Positions 58,650 through 64,000 of a stretch of DNA of 64,000 bases are shown here, piece by piece. The position numbers and the translations under genes were made by a program. The stretch lies in assembly GCA_036399335.1 (NCBI GenBank), contig DASWNF010000010.1, forward strand, positions 4,066 through 68,065, written 5' to 3'. The notes beneath the pieces were generated by a model. The model worked only from the letters and a program-made list of their open reading frames with translations. It made no database searches and had not been told where the DNA came from. Origin of the DNA: Minisyncoccota bacterium (GTDB taxonomy: Bacteria > Patescibacteriota > Minisyncoccia > Phycocordibacterales > Phycocordibacteraceae). The stretch's first letter is position 1; each line of letters starts with the position of its first letter.

Positions 58650-58672
58650 TACGTAATACGTAATACGTAATG
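58645..58672 (+). repeat. Heptamer tandem repeat (CGTAATA)x4, last copy imperfect
   Basis: cgtaata cgtaata cgtaata cgtaatg overlapping the greA stop. Confidence 0.85.
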
Positions 58673-58724
58673 CGGGAGTTCGCCGCGCGCATCGCTCGGG
58701 CTTCGCGTGGTAGGCTAGCGATAT

Positions 58725-60623
58725 ATGTCGACCTTGGAAACGATTCGTCAGGAGAGGCTTGAAAAGCTGAACGGCCTGCGGGAGCGGGGTATGGACCCGT
58801 ACCCGGCAACGACCGTACGCACGCATACCGTCGACCAGTACCTCGCCGACCACGCTCTCTTAATGGAAGGGAAGGGCGAGGTTATCCTGGCCGGACGCCT
58901 TATGTCCATACGCGACCAGGGCGGGGTGATCTTTGCCGACATTGCGGACGGTACGGGGAAGGCGCAGCTCGTGCTCCAGGCTGACGTGCTTGGCGATGAC
59001 CTCCTCAGCCTGTTTGGCTCGCATGTCGATGCGAGCGACATCATCGAAGCCACGGGCACGGCCTTTACGACGGAACGCGGCACGCCGTCCCTTTTACTGC
59101 GAAGCTGGCGCATGCTCGCGAAGTCCCTGCAGCCGGTACCCGACCAGTGGTTTGGGATAAAGGATGAGGATGAGCGCTACCGTAAGCGCTATCTCGACAT
59201 ACTCCTGTCTCAGGATATCGCTGACCGCATCCGCCGCCGTTCGCTCTTTTGGAATACGATGCGCTCATTCCTCCTTGCGCGTGGCTTTATTGAAGTTGAG
59301 ACGCCAACGCTTGAAACCACTACCGGGGGCGCTGACGCCCGCCCGTTCGTTACGCACCACAATGCGCTTGATATCGACGTCTACCTCCGCATCTCCGCAG
59401 GGGAGCTGTGGCAGAAGCGGCTCATGGTCGCCGGCCTCCCGAAGGTATTCGAGATCGGGCGCATTTTCCGCAACGAAGGCATGTCCTTTGAGCATCTCCA
59501 GGACTATACGCAGCTCGAATTCTACGAGGCATTTTCGGACTACCGCGAAGGTATGCGCATGGTCACGGAGCTCTATCGCACTATCGCGAAGGAGGTCTAC
59601 GGGACCAGCGTCTTTACGGTAAAAGATTTCACCGTCGACCTCGGCCGCGAATGGGAACTCTATGATTACTGTTCGCTTATCAAGGAAGCCTTCGGCGTCG
59701 ACCCGCTCGCCACGGATGCTGCAGCCGTCGCCCTCGCCTTGGGCGCGCAGGGCATCGCCTATGAAAAAGAAGGCCTTAACCTGGAGCGCGGCGTGGACTT
59801 GCTCTGGAAGCACCTGCGCAAAGGGCTTTCGGGCCCCGGCTTCCTCATAAACGTCCCCGCATACCTCGAGCCGCTCGCCAAAAGAAGCGCAAAGGATAAC
59901 CGCGTCGTCGAGCGCTTCCAGGTGCTCATCGCGGGTTCCGAGATGGGCAAGGGATTCAGCGAGCTTAACGATCCCGTGGACCAGGCGGGGCGGTTCCAGC
60001 ACCAGCAGGCGCTCCGCGACGGCGGAGACGCCGAGGCGCAGATGAACGATGCTTCGTACGTTGAGGCGCTCGAATACGGCATGCCCCCGGCCTTCGGCTT
60101 CGGCGTCTCGGAACGGCTCTTCAGCTTCCTCGAAGGGGTGTCGGTCCGCGAGGGCCAGATATTCCCGCTCATGCGTCCGAAGGGCGCGGTCCGCACGAAG
60201 GACAAGGAACGCCGCGTCGCGGTTGCCGTGATACGCCGCGAGGGGCTCGCGCCTTGGCAGGTACTCAATACGGTCGCGCACCTTACGGCCGAGCTCGGTA
60301 TCCGTGAAGGGCAGTCGCTTCTCACCCAAGACTCGATCAGTACCGCAGACGGTGCGCGCATCCCGCTTAACATGCGGCACGCCATCATGGTGAAGGAGAG
60401 CCCTGAGACCGCCCCGCTCGCGGTGCTCCTCAAGGCTGCGCAGGCAGAAGGCCTCCAGGTTGCTGCCTTTACCCGCGAGATGCTCGAGACGACGAACGAC
60501 AAGAAGATAATCGAGGAGACGGCCCGAAAGGATTTTCATGATATTGAGCTCCTCGGCGTGCTCGTCTTCGGACCGTCGTCGGCTATCGAGCCGCTCACCG
60601 AGCAGTTCCCGTTGTACGCGTAA
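58725..60623 (+). CDS. lysS: Class II lysine--tRNA ligase with C-terminal DUF2000-like domain
   Basis: RYRKRYLD, GGADARPF, FEIGRIFRNEG, ALEYGMPP, IFPLMRP; about 140 extra aa with LAPWQVLNTVAHL. Confidence 0.95.
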   Translation: MSTLETIRQERLEKLNGLRERGMDPYPATTVRTHTVDQYLADHALLMEGKGEVILAGRLMSIRDQGGVIFADIADGTGKAQLVLQADVLGDDLLSLFGSHVDASDIIEATGTAFTTERGTPSLLLRSWRMLAKSLQPVPDQWFGIKDEDERYRKRYLDILLSQDIADRIRRRSLFWNTMRSFLLARGFIEVETPTLETTTGGADARPFVTHHNALDIDVYLRISAGELWQKRLMVAGLPKVFEIGRIFRNEGMSFEHLQDYTQLEFYEAFSDYREGMRMVTELYRTIAKEVYGTSVFTVKDFTVDLGREWELYDYCSLIKEAFGVDPLATDAAAVALALGAQGIAYEKEGLNLERGVDLLWKHLRKGLSGPGFLINVPAYLEPLAKRSAKDNRVVERFQVLIAGSEMGKGFSELNDPVDQAGRFQHQQALRDGGDAEAQMNDASYVEALEYGMPPAFGFGVSERLFSFLEGVSVREGQIFPLMRPKGAVRTKDKERRVAVAVIRREGLAPWQVLNTVAHLTAELGIREGQSLLTQDSISTADGARIPLNMRHAIMVKESPETAPLAVLLKAAQAEGLQVAAFTREMLETTNDKKIIEETARKDFHDIELLGVLVFGPSSAIEPLTEQFPLYA

Positions 60624-60713
60624 GTAACGTTCGCAGATGGAAGGTATAAGAATAGGCGGTCCCGTGAGGGACCGCCTGGTTCGTAGAGGGGCCTGTAGCC
60701 AGGCGTCCGATAA

Positions 60714-60908
60714 TTACGAGCTACCGTTATGGTAGTCCCGGTAGTCGGACGCGCAGGGCGGCGTCAGGCTCGGCAACGGCTCGGGAGGTGTCGCCTCGGT
60801 TTCGGGCTCCTGATTGCCGGCGCGCTGCGTCGCGGTGCTTGAACCGACCGGGCTGTGCCTGCGCACAGTCGGGACGTTGCCGTCGGAACGGCTTACATTC
60901 TCCGTCAT
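60714..60908 (-). CDS. 64-aa hypothetical protein
   Basis: AGAGGA SD; TTGTTC-17-TACCTT promoter-like; hairpin at about 60654-60677. Confidence 0.45.
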   Translation of the reverse strand: MTENVSRSDGNVPTVRRHSPVGSSTATQRAGNQEPETEATPPEPLPSLTPPCASDYRDYHNGSS

Positions 60909-60982
60909 GGTCTTATTGTCCTCTCTAGCTGGACGCTGGCCCGTCCATTCGTCGAAGGTACGTCTTGTTGTCGGCCAGAACA

Positions 60983-61026
60983 ACAAGCGAAAACCCCGGG
61001 CCTTTCGGTCCGGGGTTTTCGCTTGT
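60983..61026. terminator. Terminator
   Basis: acaagcgaaaaccccgg...ccggggttttcgcttgt. Confidence 0.8.
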
Positions 61027-61036
61027 CGTCCTTTTT

Positions 61037-61126
61037 CTAACGTGGGGATTCAAGCGGAACGCGGACCGTCGCGGGACGGGCAAAGAGGATGTAGAAGAGG
61101 GTCCAGGTAGCTTCGCGAAGGGTCAT
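61037..61126 (-). CDS. 29-aa leaderless peptide MTLREATWTLFYILFARPATVRVPLESPR
   Basis: TTGACC-17-TATGCT (61161-61133), ATG 6 nt downstream, terminator right after stop. Confidence 0.5.
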   Translation of the reverse strand: MTLREATWTLFYILFARPATVRVPLESPR

Positions 61127-61191
61127 ACACGGAGCATACCCGACGCCTTGCCATCGGTCAAAATAGTTATCAACACCAAATGTTCATGTAT

Positions 61192-61237
61192 GTGGGATGA
61201 AGTGGCATATACTGAGCAATAAGTGGGATGGAGTGGG
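61192..61237 (+). promoter_or_regulatory. MraZ-binding direct repeats
   Basis: GTGG(G) at 61192, 61202, 61223 and 61233 (about 10-bp phasing) upstream of mraZ. Confidence 0.75.
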
Positions 61238-61283
61238 AGACTCTAAAACCTCTTCAAATTCACAAAGAAATTCCTTTTTTACT

Positions 61284-61712
61284 ATGTTCATCGGAGAATA
61301 CCGCCACACATTCGACGCGAAGAATCGCATATCGCTTCCGTCAAAGTTCCGTAAGGAGCTCGGTGGTTCCGTAATTGTGACGCGCGGCCTCGATAAGTGC
61401 CTGTTTGTATACCCTTTGGCCGCATGGAAGAAAGAAGCAGAGAAGCTCGCACGGCATTCGACCGGCAATAGCGCCGGCCGGGGCCTTTCGCGCTTGATGC
61501 TCGCAGGCGCAAGCGAAGCCGATGTCGACTCGGCAGGGCGCATCCTTGTCCCTGATTACCTCAAGTCCTTCGCGGGGCTCGGGATAAAGGCCGTGATTGC
61601 AGGCGTTTCAGGTCGCGTCGAGCTTTGGGACGAGAAGTCCTGGACGCTCTACACCAAGCAAATAGAGAAGAATGCCGACGCCTTTGCCGAGTCCCTTATG
61701 CTCACCGATTAG
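61284..61712 (+). CDS. mraZ: Transcriptional regulator MraZ
   Basis: MFIGEYRHTFDAKNRISLP, DSAGRILVP. Confidence 0.96.
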   Translation: MFIGEYRHTFDAKNRISLPSKFRKELGGSVIVTRGLDKCLFVYPLAAWKKEAEKLARHSTGNSAGRGLSRLMLAGASEADVDSAGRILVPDYLKSFAGLGIKAVIAGVSGRVELWDEKSWTLYTKQIEKNADAFAESLMLTD

Positions 61713-61714
61713 CT

Positions 61715-62671
61715 ATGGAAGCACGCCACGACACCGTCCTCCTCACCGAAGCCATTGATGGTCTCGCTATCGAGGCTGGCGACGTGGTCGTGGACGGCAC
61801 GATAGGCGGTGCCGGCCACTTCGGCTCCATATATGACAAGCTCGGTCCTGATGGCGTCCTCATCGGCATCGACGCCGACCAGGACGCCATCGCCCGTGCC
61901 GAGGCGCGCGTAGCAGGGAAGCAGGGACCGCGCGTCATGCTCGCGAACGACAATTTCCGTAATTTGGGCGCGATACTCGATAAGGCAGGCGCCGAGCGCA
62001 TGGACCGCGCGCTCTTTGACCTCGGCTGGAGCGGATTCCATCTCGAGAGCGGGCGCGGTTTCTCCTTCCAGACCCACGAGCCGCTCATCATGACCTACGG
62101 CATGCCGGGGGAAGGGGAGAGTGCCGCAGAGTTGGTGAATTCAGCGACCGAAGAGTATCTCGCGGACGTGCTTTACACGTACGGCGAAGAACGTTTTGCC
62201 CGCGGTATCGCGAAGTCAATCGTGCGCACCCGCAAAGAGCACACGATCATGACCACGGACGACCTCGTCGCAGCCGTCGAGGCGGGCACGCCGTCCTGGT
62301 ACCACCACCGGAGGCTCCATCCCGCAACGAAGACGTTCCAGGCGCTCCGCATTGCCGTGAACGATGAGCTCGGTGCGATACGCGAAGGCCTGACGACGGC
62401 TATCGACCGCCTCGCGTGCCATGGGCGCATCGCCGTCATCACCTTCCACAGTATCGAAGACCGCATCGTGAAGCAGATGTTCCGTGATGCCGCGCATGCA
62501 GGGAAGGGGTCGCTCGTTAACCGGAAGCCCCTCATGCCGTCGCCCGAAGAGACCAAGGCAAACCCGCGCGCGCGCAGCGCGAAGCTCCGCATCTTCTCGG
62601 CGACGCCCGAAGGCGCAGCTTACGCATCCATGTCGCTCGTTGGGCCCATGGCCGCCATTTCATACCTATGA
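61715..62671 (+). CDS. rsmH: 16S rRNA m4C1402 methyltransferase
   Basis: HDTVLL, DGTIGGAGH, HPATKTFQALRIAVN, FHSIEDRIVK, NPRARSAKLR. Confidence 0.96.
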   Translation: MEARHDTVLLTEAIDGLAIEAGDVVVDGTIGGAGHFGSIYDKLGPDGVLIGIDADQDAIARAEARVAGKQGPRVMLANDNFRNLGAILDKAGAERMDRALFDLGWSGFHLESGRGFSFQTHEPLIMTYGMPGEGESAAELVNSATEEYLADVLYTYGEERFARGIAKSIVRTRKEHTIMTTDDLVAAVEAGTPSWYHHRRLHPATKTFQALRIAVNDELGAIREGLTTAIDRLACHGRIAVITFHSIEDRIVKQMFRDAAHAGKGSLVNRKPLMPSPEETKANPRARSAKLRIFSATPEGAAYASMSLVGPMAAISYL

Positions 62672-62982
62672 GGAAACACCCCGCAACTGCCTTCGTGATG
62701 CCGGACCGCACGGTACCCGTCCTCGCGCTCCTCGCGGGCTTCCTGGTCGTGGTCTACATCGCCGTCATGCTGACGACCATCTTCTTTGCCGCCTGGCAGA
62801 CGCAGCTCGCGCGCGGCATCGACGACACCCGCGAGCGCATCCATGACCTTGAGCGCGAATACTACACGGCAATCGCCAAGATCGACTCCACCGACCCCAT
62901 GTCCGTCGGGCTCGTCGCACCTTCAAAGATCGAGTACGTCGTTGCAGCGCGCGTACCCGGCCTTACGTTCGCTGACCGCTAG
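62668..62982 (+). CDS. FtsL-like protein (TM plus coiled coil)
   Basis: Position between rsmH and ftsI; topology. Confidence 0.65.
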   Translation: MRKHPATAFVMPDRTVPVLALLAGFLVVVYIAVMLTTIFFAAWQTQLARGIDDTRERIHDLEREYYTAIAKIDSTDPMSVGLVAPSKIEYVVAARVPGLTFADR

Positions 62983-62985
62983 GCT

Positions 62986-64000
62986 ATGCGCAGGGCATAT
63001 CGCTTGCGTCTCCGGGTCGTCTCCATCGGCGTCATCGCCTTCGCGCTCCTCCTGGCATCACGGCTTTATTTCGTACAGGTAGTGCAGGGCGAGGAGTTTG
63101 CGCTCCGCGCCGAGCGGCAGTACGTGAGCTCGTCCCAGAAGCTTTTCAATCGCGGCTCCATTTATTTCACCCGCAAGGACGGCACGCTCATCTCTGCGGC
63201 GACGCTCGAGAACGGCTTTATCCTCGCCATAGACCCGGACGCTATCCGGGACGCTGACACGGCCTACAAGGCGCTCGCGAAACACGTGCCCGACCTCGAC
63301 CGGGCGGCCTTCATGGCTGCAGCAGGCAAGGAGGACGACCCGTACGAGGTCATCCGCAGGCGCCTTTCGGACGACGTCGGCCGGGCTATCGATACGGAGG
63401 ACATACCGGGCGTCATAGTCGAGCGTGAGCGGTGGCGGAGCTATCCGGCAGGCGCACATGCCGCGCAATCCATCGGCATCATCGCCTATGATAACGACAA
63501 CACCATTGCCGGTAGGTTGGGCCTTGAGCGGTATTACAACGACGTGCTCACCCACGACGGGGAAGGCGTGTTCGGTAACTTCTTTGCCGAACTCTTCGCG
63601 AACCTCGACAGCGTCATCGTCGATGCGCGAAGCGCGCGCGAGGGCGACGTCATCACGGCGCTTGAGCCGGTGGCGCAGCAGAAGCTCGAACAGATACTGA
63701 AGGAAACGAATACCCGGTACGGGAGCCGTGAGACTGGCGGTATCATCATGGACCCGAAGACGGGCGAGATAGTCGCCATGGGGACGTACCCGTCGTTTGA
63801 CCCGAACAGCTTCCAGAGCGAAGACAGTGAGTACTTCGGTAACCCGCTCGTCGAGAAGCGCTATGAGTTCGGTTCCATCTTAAAGCCGCTCACGGTGACG
63901 GCCGGCCTCGATGCAGGCGTCATTACCCCCCAGACGACGTATAACGACACGGGCTGCATGACCCTCAATACGCGCGAGTTCTGTAACTATGACCTTAAGG
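62986..64000 (+). CDS. ftsI: Penicillin-binding protein (FtsI/PBP3), runs off window end
   Basis: Manual translation MRRAYRLRLRVVSIG...RLYFVQV, RGSIYF, MDPKTGEIVAM, YEFGSILKP. Confidence 0.85.
   Translation, partial: MRRAYRLRLRVVSIGVIAFALLLASRLYFVQVVQGEEFALRAERQYVSSSQKLFNRGSIYFTRKDGTLISAATLENGFILAIDPDAIRDADTAYKALAKHVPDLDRAAFMAAAGKEDDPYEVIRRRLSDDVGRAIDTEDIPGVIVERERWRSYPAGAHAAQSIGIIAYDNDNTIAGRLGLERYYNDVLTHDGEGVFGNFFAELFANLDSVIVDARSAREGDVITALEPVAQQKLEQILKETNTRYGSRETGGIIMDPKTGEIVAMGTYPSFDPNSFQSEDSEYFGNPLVEKRYEFGSILKPLTVTAGLDAGVITPQTTYNDTGCMTLNTREFCNYDLK

Noticed and set aside
58645-58672. Tandem repeat as CRISPR
   Set aside because: 7-nt unit, no spacers, no cas genes

Overview
Bacterial chromosome segment, GC-rich, standard genetic code. 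Gene content and architecture point to Patescibacteria/CPR, Parcubacteria-like (inferred from the compact RpoB, a short 740-aa SMC, short PrmC, short ProRS, leaderless-looking core genes and no biosynthetic operons). The backbone is housekeeping: dnaE, rnhB, rpmF, nusB, rnc, smc, rnr, rpsP-khpA-trmD, rpoBC, dnaG-rpoD, UvrD-nuclease, hisS, prmC, proS, mreBC-mrdA, greA-lysS, mraZ-rsmH-ftsL-ftsI. Accessory content: (1) an AT-rich defence island directly after rpoD (about 27.4-32.5 kb) with a DpnII-like R-M pair, a DUF2726 plus HEPN-motif gene pair and a two-gene CBASS (CD-NTase plus S-4TM effector); (2) an FAD-linked GlcD/YdiJ-type dehydrogenase next to an alternative-oxidase/PTOX-family di-iron protein, possibly a minimal O2-linked electron chain; (3) unusual fusions and variants (NusB-NUDIX, LysRS-DUF2000, histone-like RpoD N-terminus, CxxC-less DsbA-like protein); (4) many stand-alone orphan mini-cassettes with their own promoter, SD and terminator, plus several candidate structured RNAs. 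I saw no tRNA, rRNA, CRISPR array, integrase or transposase. All family assignments are by eye from motifs; no searches were run.
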